The position numbers and the translations under genes were made by a program. From a bacterium (GTDB taxonomy: Bacteria > Electryoneota > Electryoneia > Electryoneales > Electryoneaceae): a stretch of 64,000 bases of DNA. The stretch is from positions 1,952,001-2,016,000 of the forward strand of contig CAXXKJ010000002.1 in the NCBI GenBank assembly GCA_963675295.2. The letters run 5' to 3'. Below, piece by piece: positions 36,791-46,570 of this stretch; the stretch's first letter is position 1; the number at the start of each line of letters is the position of its first letter. Under the pieces are notes generated by a model. The model did not search any database and had not been told where the DNA came from. It saw only the letters and a list, made by a program, of their open reading frames with translations.

Positions 36791-37969
36791 ATGCTCTGGC
36801 GAAATCTGCTGCAGGCGATCCTGGTATCGCTTGTACTTACCACGGTCGCATTCGCGGCCGCCATTTATGACGAAGAAACCGTGACCGTTCCGGAAACCGC
36901 GGTTGTTGATGAAACCCTGATTCTGACGGGTGAATCGGTCACGATCTTTCCGCCGGTGGACGGTGACATCATCTCAGCGTGCCGGAACCTCAATCTGTTC
37001 GGGAACATCAGCGACAACGTCTTCGCCGCCTGCCGCTCGGCGGATATCCGCGGCAACGCCAACGATCTGCTTGTGTTCGCGCAGACGGTGAACATCAAGA
37101 GCGACACGACGGGCGACATCCGCGGTGCGGCCCAGACGTACAACATTTATGGGTATGTCGACGGTGACGTCATCTGCGCGGGCGAGTCGGTGTTCATCGG
37201 GCCAAGCGCAGTTGTTACCGGCGATGTCTTTGTCGGTGCGGGAACGTTGACCGTGCTCGGTGACGTGCTCGGGGATGTCAAGGGCGGGATGCAGTTTATC
37301 AACATCGGTGGTACGGTTCATGGTGACGTGGAAGCGTGGACCAACGAGATCCTGTTCACCGGATCGGGTGAGGTGCTCGGTGATCTTAACTATCACCGTG
37401 ACGAAGCGCTCGAGGTCGATTTCTCGCGCAATGTCCGTGGCCAAATCACTTTCGTCGAAGATCTTGAGCACGATTTCGACCACGACAAAGACGGCTTCAA
37501 TGGGTTCGCTTTTGGCTTCTTCCTGCTGCTGACAGCGGTTGTGACCACTTTCCTGCTGCTCTGGATCTGGCGGCGTGGGGTGGAGGGATCGCTGGTCGCG
37601 ATGGAGCAGAAAACGGGGATGAGCATTGTCGCCGGTCTGCTCGGCACAATCGCGCTGCCGTTCGTCGCGATCATCCTGTTGGTGATGGTGATAACGATCC
37701 CGGTCGGATTGCTGCTGCTGACGCTGTACCCGGTGCTGCTGTACCTCGGTTGGATCATGTTCGGCATCTGGCTGGGCAAAACATTGCTGGACGGCTTGAC
37801 CCGTCAGACGGTATCCATCTGGATCGCGGCGCCGGTCGGCGTGCTGCTTGTCGGAATCCTGGGCTATGTGCCGTTTGTCGGCTTTTTCATCGCGCTGGTG
37901 ACAACGTTGATCGGGATGGGCATGCTGATCATGCAGCTGCTTGGATTGCGAACGTTGCGGACGTGGTAA
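36791..37969 (+). CDS. Exported bactofilin-like beta-helix repeat protein with a C-terminal multi-TM domain
   Basis: Signal peptide, repeated GxVxGD units, then about five TM helices (ITIPVGLLLL, YVPFVG). Confidence 0.75.
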   Translation: MLWRNLLQAILVSLVLTTVAFAAAIYDEETVTVPETAVVDETLILTGESVTIFPPVDGDIISACRNLNLFGNISDNVFAACRSADIRGNANDLLVFAQTVNIKSDTTGDIRGAAQTYNIYGYVDGDVICAGESVFIGPSAVVTGDVFVGAGTLTVLGDVLGDVKGGMQFINIGGTVHGDVEAWTNEILFTGSGEVLGDLNYHRDEALEVDFSRNVRGQITFVEDLEHDFDHDKDGFNGFAFGFFLLLTAVVTTFLLLWIWRRGVEGSLVAMEQKTGMSIVAGLLGTIALPFVAIILLVMVITIPVGLLLLTLYPVLLYLGWIMFGIWLGKTLLDGLTRQTVSIWIAAPVGVLLVGILGYVPFVGFFIALVTTLIGMGMLIMQLLGLRTLRTW

Positions 37970-38107
37970 ATCATTCACAGGGACCGCGAGGGCAGTGCTT
38001 GCTTTCGCGGTTTCTGTTTGCTACCTAGCGGCTCCGATTTGGATAGGATACGGTTAGTTGCGTCAACGTCCCGCCGGTGTGGTCAGCTCGCGGCGGAATA
38101 ACATGAG

Positions 38108-39094
38108 GTGGACGTGGCGGAGAGGACAGAACGCGTGCTGGTGACCGGCGCGCTGGGTCAGATCGGTTCAGAGTTGGTGCAGAGCCTGCGCTCCCGTTAT
38201 GGTGGGGACCATGTGGTGGCGTCGGACATGCGCACGGATGCCGCCCCGGAGATCTGCGAAGGGGGACCGTGCGAACAGCTCGATGTGACGGATGGCAAGA
38301 AACTGGCCGAGATCTGCGATCGGTACAAGGTCGACACGATCTACCACCTCGCTGCGATTCTTTCCGGAGTTGGCGAACAGAAGCCGGATCTCGCGTTCGA
38401 CGTCAACATAAACGGCTTGAAAAACGTGCTCGATGTCGCGCGCGAGCGGAAGATGCATCGCGTGATGGTGCCGAGCTCGATCGCGGTGTTCGGTCCGACC
38501 ACACCTCGTGATAACACGCCGCAGGAAACGTTGCTGCGTCCGACCTCGATGTATGGCGTGACCAAGGTCGCCGGCGAACTATTGTGCGACTACTACTGGC
38601 AGAAGTACGGGCTCGATGTGCGCGGTGTGCGGTACCCCGGCCTGATCTCATACAAGACCCCTCCCGGCGGCGGCACAACGGATTATGCTGTTGCGATCTA
38701 CTACGATGCCATCCAGCATGGGAAGTACAACTGCTTCGTGTCGGAAGATACCGTGCTGCCGATGATGTACATGCCGGATGCGTTGCGTGCCCTGATCGAA
38801 TTGGCGGAAGCGCCGGGCGAGAAGCTGCGTTACCGGAACGCGTACAACCTCGCCGCGTTGAGTTTCTCTGCGGGTGAGCTGGCGGAGTCGATCAAGAAAC
38901 GGATGCCGGACTTTGACGTTGTGTACGAACCCGACTTCCACCAGGCAATTGCCGACAGCTGGCCGAAGAGTATTGATGACAGCGCCGCGCGTGAGGACTG
39001 GAACTGGCAGCCCGAGTATGATCTCGACCGGATGACGGACGACATGCTGGATGAACTCGGCAAGCGGCTGCAGCGTGTCGAGGTGGAAAGTTGA
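38108..39094 (+). CDS. tdh: L-threonine 3-dehydrogenase (extended SDR type)
   Basis: TGALGQIG, YHLAAILS, PSSIAVFG, MYGVTK, GGGTTDYAV and IADSWP motifs. Confidence 0.88.
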   Translation: MDVAERTERVLVTGALGQIGSELVQSLRSRYGGDHVVASDMRTDAAPEICEGGPCEQLDVTDGKKLAEICDRYKVDTIYHLAAILSGVGEQKPDLAFDVNINGLKNVLDVARERKMHRVMVPSSIAVFGPTTPRDNTPQETLLRPTSMYGVTKVAGELLCDYYWQKYGLDVRGVRYPGLISYKTPPGGGTTDYAVAIYYDAIQHGKYNCFVSEDTVLPMMYMPDALRALIELAEAPGEKLRYRNAYNLAALSFSAGELAESIKKRMPDFDVVYEPDFHQAIADSWPKSIDDSAAREDWNWQPEYDLDRMTDDMLDELGKRLQRVEVES

Positions 39095-39119
39095 GCGCTT
39101 GAGGTAGCGGAGTCAGCTG

Positions 39120-39156
39120 ACAGAGGGTTTCAGGCTTGTCTACAGAGGGTTTCAGG
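39120..39156. repeat. 15-bp direct repeat ACAGAGGGTTTCAGG x2, period 22
   Basis: Copies at 39120-39134 and 39142-39156. Confidence 0.8.
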
Positions 39157-39165
39157 TGAGTCTGC

Positions 39166-39188
39166 CCCGACCAGCTTGCTGGTCGGGA
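39166..39188. repeat. REP-like palindrome, second copy
   Basis: CCCGACCAGCTTGCTGGTCGGGA; one difference from 16148-16170. Confidence 0.8.
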
Positions 39189-39359
39189 TTATTCGAAGCG
39201 GGACATTGAGGGAAAGGATTCACTCCACGGTCGTCCCCCTCTCAGAACCGAACATTCAGCCCGCCGGTTGATGCATTGACGCAAACGGCGGGCTCAAGTT
39301 TGCATTGCATCCGGGATTCCCAACATCTACCTTTGTGGTTTTTCTTTTTGGAGCGAAAT

Positions 39360-40232
39360 GTGTCTCATCCACTCGTCGACATCGTCATCCCGGAAGCCCT
39401 CGTGCTGACCTGGATGAAGCATGAAGAAGAGCTGACCGTTGGCCCGTTCACCTTCCCGGCGAATGTGCCGGTACCGGTCGCGGGCGAGGGGAACCAGCTG
39501 GTGCGCGAGGGATGGCTGCAGGTTCCATTCGCCGGACGCCCCCCGATTCCGGGCGGCCTGGACGGCGAGGGTTCGCAGGCGGAAGGCAAGGAATTGCTGG
39601 AAGCCTTCGCCGGTGGGCACCTGGTTCCGGGCTCGAAGGATCACCAGTCGCTGGTGGATGAGGTCGGACGTGCGTTGCTGATTCACGCGGCATTTTGTGA
39701 CGACGCGAAATGGTGCGAGGAAGCGCGCGACGTGTTCGCCCGTGCGGGTGAGGGCGCGACGCTGTTTGAAATCCTCGTGCGTCGGGCAAAGGGCCGGATC
39801 GGCGAGGGTGTGCACTTTCTCGAGCAGCAGGACGGCGAACAGGCGATGTACGAGTACCTGCTCGCGCGTCTGCTCTACTTCGGCGCGCATCTGCTCAGCC
39901 CGACGACTCCGGGTGTGCTGTACGAAATGGGCGTGTTGACGCACGACCTGGCGCATCAGTTCCAGGTCGATGACGGGCAGGATCCGGACAACTGGAAGCG
40001 CACACTGGCCCGTGAGGTGGTGCAGTACATGTACCTCGCGCTGGTAGACGATGGAGTCCGTGACGAGACCCCGGCGCTGTTTCTGCTCGCGGCGAACCGT
40101 GAGACGGTTGGCGAATTGGAAGGCGCAACCTCTGACTATCAGCGGTTTCTGGAGACTCCGGCGGCACAGACCTACCCGCAGATCACGGAGGCCGCGAAGC
40201 AACGGTTGCAAGCGTTACAAGCCGGATCGTGA
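39360..40232 (+). CDS. Hypothetical helical/TPR-like protein
   Basis: Long ORF with host-like codon usage; C-terminal TPR-like helix pair (ALFLLA...DYQRFL); GTG start after GGAG. Confidence 0.65.
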   Translation: MSHPLVDIVIPEALVLTWMKHEEELTVGPFTFPANVPVPVAGEGNQLVREGWLQVPFAGRPPIPGGLDGEGSQAEGKELLEAFAGGHLVPGSKDHQSLVDEVGRALLIHAAFCDDAKWCEEARDVFARAGEGATLFEILVRRAKGRIGEGVHFLEQQDGEQAMYEYLLARLLYFGAHLLSPTTPGVLYEMGVLTHDLAHQFQVDDGQDPDNWKRTLAREVVQYMYLALVDDGVRDETPALFLLAANRETVGELEGATSDYQRFLETPAAQTYPQITEAAKQRLQALQAGS

Positions 40233-40393
40233 TACGTGGAAGATGTTGGCGGACAGGTTAGCGAAAAAGAGCATTACAGTGTAATTGTCTTTCGTTCTTG
40301 TGCAATCTGGCTCGCTGATGCTCCAACGAGGCGGGTATTCTCGTGAAGGCGCATGGATGAACGCCGAAGTGGGGAGTTGAACGATTTGATGTC

Positions 40394-40422
40394 TTGCTCG
40401 TCCGCGAGCCGGATATTACGTT
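40394..40422 (+). promoter_or_regulatory. Putative sigma70 promoter of the yceD-rpmF-plsX-fab operon
   Basis: TTGCTC-N17-TACGTT, ending 9 nt before the ATG. Confidence 0.4.
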
Positions 40423-40431
40423 TGCTAGTCT

Positions 40432-40962
40432 ATGAAGCTTTACCTGACAACTCTGCGTGAAGGCCGTAACGAGGTTTCGGAAACGTTGTCGCCGGAACGC
40501 TTGGGCCTTGACGACGAAGTGTTCACCGAGCCGGTCACAGTCGCCGGAACGGTGGATTGGAGCGGGGATCACGCGGATGTTCGGCTGCACATTGAGGCAC
40601 CGGCCCATTTCGCCTGTGATCGCTGCGCGGAAGAGTTTGACCGTCCGGTGGCTGCCGATGCGATCGTGCAGGTTCTCATTCAGGACCCACCAGGCGATGA
40701 GGAAGATGACGAGGTGGACGGCATCGTCTACGCCGGGCGGCGGGGAACAAACGCCGACCTGACGGAAGAGATTGTCGACGCCCTGATGCTAGAAGTACCG
40801 TTACGGCGGTTGTGTTCCCCGGACTGCAAGGGCTTGTGTCCGTATTGCTACACGAACCTCAACGAGGGCACGTGTGAGCACGCGGGAATGGAGCAGCCGG
40901 CGGCGGATGAACCGCGCGGCGAGACAATCGCCGACAAGCTGAAGAAAAAGCAGCAACGATAG
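40432..40962 (+). CDS. yceD: DUF177/YceD family protein
   Basis: CDRC and LCSPDCKGLCPYC motifs; upstream of rpmF. Confidence 0.92.
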   Translation: MKLYLTTLREGRNEVSETLSPERLGLDDEVFTEPVTVAGTVDWSGDHADVRLHIEAPAHFACDRCAEEFDRPVAADAIVQVLIQDPPGDEEDDEVDGIVYAGRRGTNADLTEEIVDALMLEVPLRRLCSPDCKGLCPYCYTNLNEGTCEHAGMEQPAADEPRGETIADKLKKKQQR

Positions 40963-40976
40963 AATTGAGGTGCATT

Positions 40977-41159
40977 GTGGCAGTTCCGAAAAAGCGTACC
41001 AGTTCGACACGGCGTGACAAGCGTCGTTCTCATCATGCATTGACTCCGGTCAATGTCAGCATCTGCGATAACTGCGGCGCTTATACACGACCTCATCGTG
41101 CATGCCCGGAATGCGGCCATTACAAGGGTCGTATTGTTGGCGCATCGCGCGAGAAGTAA
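40977..41159 (+). CDS. rpmF: 50S ribosomal protein L32 (Zn-ribbon form)
   Basis: AVPKKRTS..RRDKRRSH, CDNC...HRACPECGHYKG. Confidence 0.97.
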   Translation: MAVPKKRTSSTRRDKRRSHHALTPVNVSICDNCGAYTRPHRACPECGHYKGRIVGASREK

Positions 41160-41180
41160 ACGGTTACCGGGGCGAGGGAC

Positions 41181-42224
41181 GTGCCGGTACGAGTGGCGTT
41201 GGACACTGCGGGCCGTGAGCCGGGTTGCCGGACGGTCATCAGCGGTGTGCTCGCCGCGATAGAGGAGGCTGGTACACAGGGCGTGGAAGTCCATCCGGTC
41301 CTGTACGGCTCTTCGGACGAGATCCGCGAGACATTGCGCGACCTCGCCGGATCCTCCATGGCGGAGGAGACGGTTCTGGTGCGGAATGCTCCCGAGGTGA
41401 TCGAGATGAACGAGGAGCCGGCAGAGGCACTCCGTACCAAGCCGAATAGTTCTATCTTGTGTGGTATCAAGGACTTAGCCGCTGGTGTTGTTGACGCGTT
41501 CGTGTCAATGGGCAACACTGGGGCGATTGTCGGTGCCAGCCGTGCCTTTCTCAAGCAGGTGCGTTGGATCGGCAAGCCGGCATTGGCGGTTCCGATGCCG
41601 CGGGCAGGTGGCGGGCATTCTCTGTTGCTGGACGTGGGTGCGTCTCCCGACCCCAAGCCCGGCCATCTGATGCAGTTCGCAGCGATGGGCACGGCGTACA
41701 TGAGTACGCTATACGGTGTTTCCAACCCAAGGATCGGGTTGCTGAACATCGGTGTGGAAGCGCACAAGGGAGACGAACGTGCGCGGGACACCTACAAGCT
41801 GCTCTCGCGCAGCCCGCTCAATTTCGTTGGGAACATCGAGGGCGGGGATTTATTCGGCGACAAGGCGGACGTGATTGTCACCACGGGCTTTGTCGGCAAC
41901 ATCTTGTTGAAATTCACCGAGTCGATCCCATCGTTCCTCGGGCGCTTGAATTGCCCGGATGGTTCGGTGCTGGGCGCGATCGAGGCGATGGCGCAATTCG
42001 ACTACCGGAGATACGGCGGGGCCAGTTTGCTCGGCGTGGATGGGACGGTTGTGATTGGACACGGCCGGAGCTCATCCGAGGCGGTGACCCATGCGATACG
42101 CTGGGCGGGCACACTGGTGAACCGGGACATGCTCAGCACGTTGCGCGATCAGGTTTTCCGGACGCGCCGCGCGGTGTGGCTGTCCAATCCGTTCTCTCGT
42201 GGAGAAGGTGCGGATGATACATGA
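41181..42224 (+). CDS. plsX: Phosphate acyltransferase PlsX (divergent)
   Basis: GNTGA, LLDVGA, GLLNIGVE.HKG, GNIEG, GFVGNILLK and YGGA motifs; canonical gene order. Confidence 0.88.
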   Translation: MPVRVALDTAGREPGCRTVISGVLAAIEEAGTQGVEVHPVLYGSSDEIRETLRDLAGSSMAEETVLVRNAPEVIEMNEEPAEALRTKPNSSILCGIKDLAAGVVDAFVSMGNTGAIVGASRAFLKQVRWIGKPALAVPMPRAGGGHSLLLDVGASPDPKPGHLMQFAAMGTAYMSTLYGVSNPRIGLLNIGVEAHKGDERARDTYKLLSRSPLNFVGNIEGGDLFGDKADVIVTTGFVGNILLKFTESIPSFLGRLNCPDGSVLGAIEAMAQFDYRRYGGASLLGVDGTVVIGHGRSSSEAVTHAIRWAGTLVNRDMLSTLRDQVFRTRRAVWLSNPFSRGEGADDT

Positions 42225-43212
42225 TTTTGACAGGCCGGTCGCCCGGATCGCTGGCACGGGCCATGCCACTGGAACCAAGCTTCTGACGAACGCCGACCTT
42301 GAGAAGATGGTCGACACGTCGGATGAATGGATCACCACCCGAACCGGCATCAAGGAACGCCGGATTGTGGAAGATGGCGTGGTTACGTCCGATCTGTGCG
42401 TCGACGCTTGTCAGCAGGCATTGGATGAAGCCGGGGTCAGCGCTCACGAGATCGACTACATCGTCCTCGGGACAGTTACCGGGGATATGAAATTTCCGTC
42501 CACGGCGAACATCATTCAGTCGAAGCTGAAAGCCTACAACGCGACCACCTTTGACATTTCCGCCGCGTGTAGCGGCTGGGTGTACGGCATTGAGATCGCG
42601 GATAGTTTGATTCGTGCCGGCCGTGCGGACAAAATCCTGGTCATTGGCGCGGAAATCCTGTCGAGCATGACCAACTATAATGATCGCAAGACCTGCGTCC
42701 TCTTCGGTGATGGTGCCGGCGCGACGTTGCTGGTTCGCAGCGACGATGATCGTGGTTTCTTGTCGACATACACCGGTTCCAATGGGGATCTTGCGCATTT
42801 GCTGATCTGCGAGGGTGGCGGATCGTACAAACCAGCGAAGAATCGCGACATACCCTCTGAAGATTTCACGATCTACATGAACGGGAACGAAGTGTTCCGT
42901 CATGCCGTGAGGATCATGGACCACGCGGCGTTGACAGCACTGGAGAAAGCACGGTTGTCGCCGCAGGATGTGGACATGTTCATCCCGCACCAGGCGAACA
43001 TTCGCATCATTGAAGCGATGAAGAAACGGCTGAAGTTCCCGGACGAGAAGGTGTTTGTCAACATCCAGAAGTACGGGAATACATCATCAGCGTCGATTCC
43101 GACGGCGCTCGATGAGGCGAAGAATCAAGAGCGGGTGAAGGAAGGCGACGTGATTCTCGTCGCCGCATTTGGTGGCGGATTTACATGGGCATCCGCTGCA
43201 TTCCGGTTGTAA
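42214..43212 (+). CDS. fabH: Beta-ketoacyl-ACP synthase III
   Basis: AACSG, FGDGAGA, PHQAN, YGNTSSAS and FGGG motifs. Confidence 0.97.
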   Translation: MIHDFDRPVARIAGTGHATGTKLLTNADLEKMVDTSDEWITTRTGIKERRIVEDGVVTSDLCVDACQQALDEAGVSAHEIDYIVLGTVTGDMKFPSTANIIQSKLKAYNATTFDISAACSGWVYGIEIADSLIRAGRADKILVIGAEILSSMTNYNDRKTCVLFGDGAGATLLVRSDDDRGFLSTYTGSNGDLAHLLICEGGGSYKPAKNRDIPSEDFTIYMNGNEVFRHAVRIMDHAALTALEKARLSPQDVDMFIPHQANIRIIEAMKKRLKFPDEKVFVNIQKYGNTSSASIPTALDEAKNQERVKEGDVILVAAFGGGFTWASAAFRL

Positions 43213-43279
43213 ATCATAGACGGTCGCGCGGATCGTCATCCGAAGTCAGTGTTGCTGTGGGGAGCGGAAGAGGAGCGGC

Positions 43280-44215
43280 ATGGGCACAGCATTTCTCTTT
43301 CCAGGTCAGGCCAGCCAGTTTGTCGGCATGGGTGCGGATCTGTATGAGCAGTTTGATGTGGCGCGGATCATGTTTGACCGTGCGGACAACGAGCTGCCGT
43401 TTGATCTGAAACGCCTCTGCTTTGAGGGCCCGATCGAAGAGCTGACTCAGACCCGTGTCACTCAACCCGCCATTTTTGTTGTCTCCGTCATCACCTCGAT
43501 CCTGCTCGGTCCCAAGGACATGATGGCCGCCTCGGCGGGGCACAGCCTCGGCGAATACTCGGCGCTGGTCGCGGCGGGAGCGTTGAACTTTGACGACGCG
43601 CTGCAGGCTGTCGCGTTGCGCGGTGAGTTGATGCAGAACGCCGGCAATGTCCGTCCCGGCACAATGGCTGCGGTCATCGGGATGAACGAAGAACAGGTCA
43701 ATGCGCTGTGCGCGGAAGCCTCGACGGATGACGAAGTGGTCGTTCCGGCCAATTTCAACAGTCCCGGCCAGATTGTGGTCTCGGGTGATGTTGCAGCGGT
43801 CAGGCGCGCGGTGGAGCAGGCGAAGCCGATGGGCGCACGGATGGCCAAGCTGCTGAATGTCTCCGGCGCGTTTCATTCTCCGCTGATGGAGCCGGCGGCA
43901 AAGGAGTTGGCTGCGAAATTGTCCGAGACACCGATTCGGCCACCATCGGTGCCGGTATATCTAAACGTGACTGCGAAACCGACCACCAGTCCGGACGAAA
44001 TCCGTGATCGGTTGATTGATCAATTGACGCATCCGGTGTTGTGGGAGCAGACGCTACGCAACATGGCGGATGGTGATGAGCTTACGCACTATCTCGAAGT
44101 GGGTCCGGGCAACGTGCTGCAGGGACTGGTCAAGCGGACGCTGGCCGGTGCATCCTTCAGCGGCGCGGGCAATGCGGAACAGGTACAGGCGATACTGGAC
44201 GAAGGCGTGCACTAA
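43280..44215 (+). CDS. fabD: Malonyl-CoA-ACP transacylase
   Basis: FPGQ, TQPA, GHSLGE and SGAFHS motifs. Confidence 0.97.
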   Translation: MGTAFLFPGQASQFVGMGADLYEQFDVARIMFDRADNELPFDLKRLCFEGPIEELTQTRVTQPAIFVVSVITSILLGPKDMMAASAGHSLGEYSALVAAGALNFDDALQAVALRGELMQNAGNVRPGTMAAVIGMNEEQVNALCAEASTDDEVVVPANFNSPGQIVVSGDVAAVRRAVEQAKPMGARMAKLLNVSGAFHSPLMEPAAKELAAKLSETPIRPPSVPVYLNVTAKPTTSPDEIRDRLIDQLTHPVLWEQTLRNMADGDELTHYLEVGPGNVLQGLVKRTLAGASFSGAGNAEQVQAILDEGVH

Positions 44216-44253
44216 GGTTACGTGCGGGCTGAGCGAACAGGAGAGAAGACACG

Positions 44254-44997
44254 ATGTCACAGCTTCAGGATAAAGTAGCACTGGTAACCGGCAGCGCCCG
44301 TGGTATCGGACGCGCGATTGCGGAAGAACTGGCGCGTGAAGGCGCGACGATCATCATTCACGACATTCTCGAAGATGCCGCGAATGAGACCGCCGAAGAG
44401 TTTCGCAAGCAGGGGTGGAAGGCCACGGCAATCGCGAGTAACGTCGCGGTCGCGGAAGACGTGGAAGCCACGATCGCCCGCGTGTTGGCCGAGCACGAAC
44501 GTATCGACATTCTCGTCAACAACGCCGGTGTCACCCGGGACAACCTTCTCATGCGAATGAAGGAGGAGGACTGGGACCTGGTGCTGACGGTGAATCTGAA
44601 GGGCGCATTCCTGATGACCAAGGCGGTCACGCGTCCGATGATGAAACAGAAGTACGGACGGATCGTGAACATGGCGTCCGTCGTTGGTGTGATGGGCAAT
44701 GCCGGGCAGGCGAATTACTCGGCGTCCAAGGCCGGGCTGATCGGATTCACCAAGTCGATGGCGAAGGAGCTGGCGGCGCGTGGTGTGACGGTCAACGCGA
44801 TCGCGCCGGGCTACATCGAGACGGAGATGACGGCGAAGCTGCCGACGGCTGCACGTGAGATGTTCCTGCAGCAGACGCCGCTGGGACGTCCCGGGAAGCC
44901 GCAGGATGTCGCCCGCGCGGTGGCGTGGCTGGCCTCTGACAACGCGGAATTCATCACCGGCCAGGTGCTGCATGTGGACGGCGGGATGGTGATGTAG
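44254..44997 (+). CDS. fabG: 3-oxoacyl-ACP reductase
   Basis: TGSARGIG, NNAGVTRD and GQANYSASK motifs. Confidence 0.97.
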   Translation: MSQLQDKVALVTGSARGIGRAIAEELAREGATIIIHDILEDAANETAEEFRKQGWKATAIASNVAVAEDVEATIARVLAEHERIDILVNNAGVTRDNLLMRMKEEDWDLVLTVNLKGAFLMTKAVTRPMMKQKYGRIVNMASVVGVMGNAGQANYSASKAGLIGFTKSMAKELAARGVTVNAIAPGYIETEMTAKLPTAAREMFLQQTPLGRPGKPQDVARAVAWLASDNAEFITGQVLHVDGGMVM

Positions 44998-45061
44998 CGA
45001 TAGAAGCAACCTGATAACGATAGCAACAAAGAAAACACCCCATTGAGGAAGGAAGTTAACC

Positions 45062-45307
45062 ATGGCGACCGACGAACAGATCAAGAAGGTCAAAGAGATC
45101 ATTGCTGAGCAGCTTGGTGTGGACATGGGCGAAGTGACGATGGAAGCGTCGTTCATCGACGACCTCGGCGCGGACTCGCTCGACACGGTTGAACTCGTGA
45201 TGGCGTTCGAAGAAGCGTTCGACATCGAAATCCCGGATGAGGATGCGGACAAGATGCAGACCGTCGGCTCCGCGATCGAGTATCTGGAATCGAAGATTAA
45301 CGGTTGA
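45062..45307 (+). CDS. acpP: Acyl carrier protein
   Basis: [18 protein letters not shown]. Confidence 0.99.
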   Translation: MATDEQIKKVKEIIAEQLGVDMGEVTMEASFIDDLGADSLDTVELVMAFEEAFDIEIPDEDADKMQTVGSAIEYLESKING

Positions 45308-45315
45308 GCCGCTCT

Positions 45316-46557
45316 ATGGCGAAACGCGTATTTGTCACGGGAATGGGGGCGATCTCTCCCATCGGCCATGGTGTCGGTGCGACGTGGGATGCGCTTGTGA
45401 ACGGCGTCAGTGGCGCCGGCCCGATCACCCGCTTCGACTCGTCGGAACACAAGACCCATTTTGCCTGCGAAGTCAAGGACTTTGACCCGACGCAGTTCAT
45501 GGACCGTAAAGATGCCAAGCGAATGGACCTGTTTTCCCAGTTCGCAATGGCCAGCGCGGTCGAGGCTGTGGAGATGGCTGGCTTTGACTTTGACAACGTC
45601 GATCCGGACCGGATGGGTGTCGTTTACGGTTCCGGCATGGGCGGGATGATGATCTACGAAGAGCAGATGAACAAGCTGAATGAGGCCGGACCCGGCCGCA
45701 TCAGCCCACTGTTCATCCCGATGCTCATTGGCGACATCATTCCCGGCCACATCTCGATGCGCTACAACATGAAGGGCCCGAACTACGGTGTGCAGTCGGC
45801 GTGTGCCACGTCGTCCCATGCCCTCGGTCTGGCCTTCATGCACCTGCGCGCCGGCGATGCGGACGTGATGGTTTCCGGCGGCTCGGAAGCGCCGTTGACC
45901 CGGCTCGGCACAGCGGGCTTCAACAGCGCGCGCACGTTGTCGACTCGTAATGACGATCCGATGCACGCCAGCCGTCCGTTTGACAAGGATCGTGACGGCT
46001 TCGTGATGGCGGAAGGCGCGGCGACATTTGTGCTCGAGACCGAGGAACACGCCAAAGCTCGCGGCGCGAAGGTGTACGCTGAGCTCGCGGGGTACGGTTT
46101 CACGGGCGACGCGCATCACCTGACCGCGCCCGCGCCGGATCACGAAGGCGCGCAGCGGTCGATGCGTCAGGCACTTAAGTCCGCCGGGCTGACAGTCGAG
46201 GACGTTGACTACATCAATGCGCACGGCACATCCACCGAGCTCAACGATCTCAATGAGACCATTGCGATCAAGAAGGTGTTCGGGGATCATGCTCGCGTCG
46301 CGGCGATCAGCTCGACGAAGTCGATGACCGGGCATCTGCTCGGCGCGGCTGGTGCGATGGAGATGCTCGCGTGCGTGAAGGCGTTGCGCGAAGGGATTAT
46401 CCCCCCAACGATTAACTACGAGACCCCCGATCCGGAATGCGACCTCGACTTTACGCCGAACAAGGCAGTCAAGCGCGAGATCAAGGTTGCGATGTCGAAT
46501 ACGTTCGGGTTTGGTGGTCACAATGCGTCGCTCGTGTTGAAGCGAGTCGACGACTGA
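45316..46557 (+). CDS. fabF: Beta-ketoacyl-ACP synthase II
   Basis: SACAT, INAHGTST, KSMTGHLLGAAG and FGFGGHN motifs. Confidence 0.98.
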   Translation: MAKRVFVTGMGAISPIGHGVGATWDALVNGVSGAGPITRFDSSEHKTHFACEVKDFDPTQFMDRKDAKRMDLFSQFAMASAVEAVEMAGFDFDNVDPDRMGVVYGSGMGGMMIYEEQMNKLNEAGPGRISPLFIPMLIGDIIPGHISMRYNMKGPNYGVQSACATSSHALGLAFMHLRAGDADVMVSGGSEAPLTRLGTAGFNSARTLSTRNDDPMHASRPFDKDRDGFVMAEGAATFVLETEEHAKARGAKVYAELAGYGFTGDAHHLTAPAPDHEGAQRSMRQALKSAGLTVEDVDYINAHGTSTELNDLNETIAIKKVFGDHARVAAISSTKSMTGHLLGAAGAMEMLACVKALREGIIPPTINYETPDPECDLDFTPNKAVKREIKVAMSNTFGFGGHNASLVLKRVDD

Positions 46558-46570
46558 CGGGAGCAGTCCG

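Noticed and set aside
44257-46521. 754-aa minus-strand ORF (and similar long antisense ORFs at 21965-23569, 34648-35430 and 61541-62896)
   Set aside because: Antisense shadows of well-conserved genes, expected from high-GC codon bias
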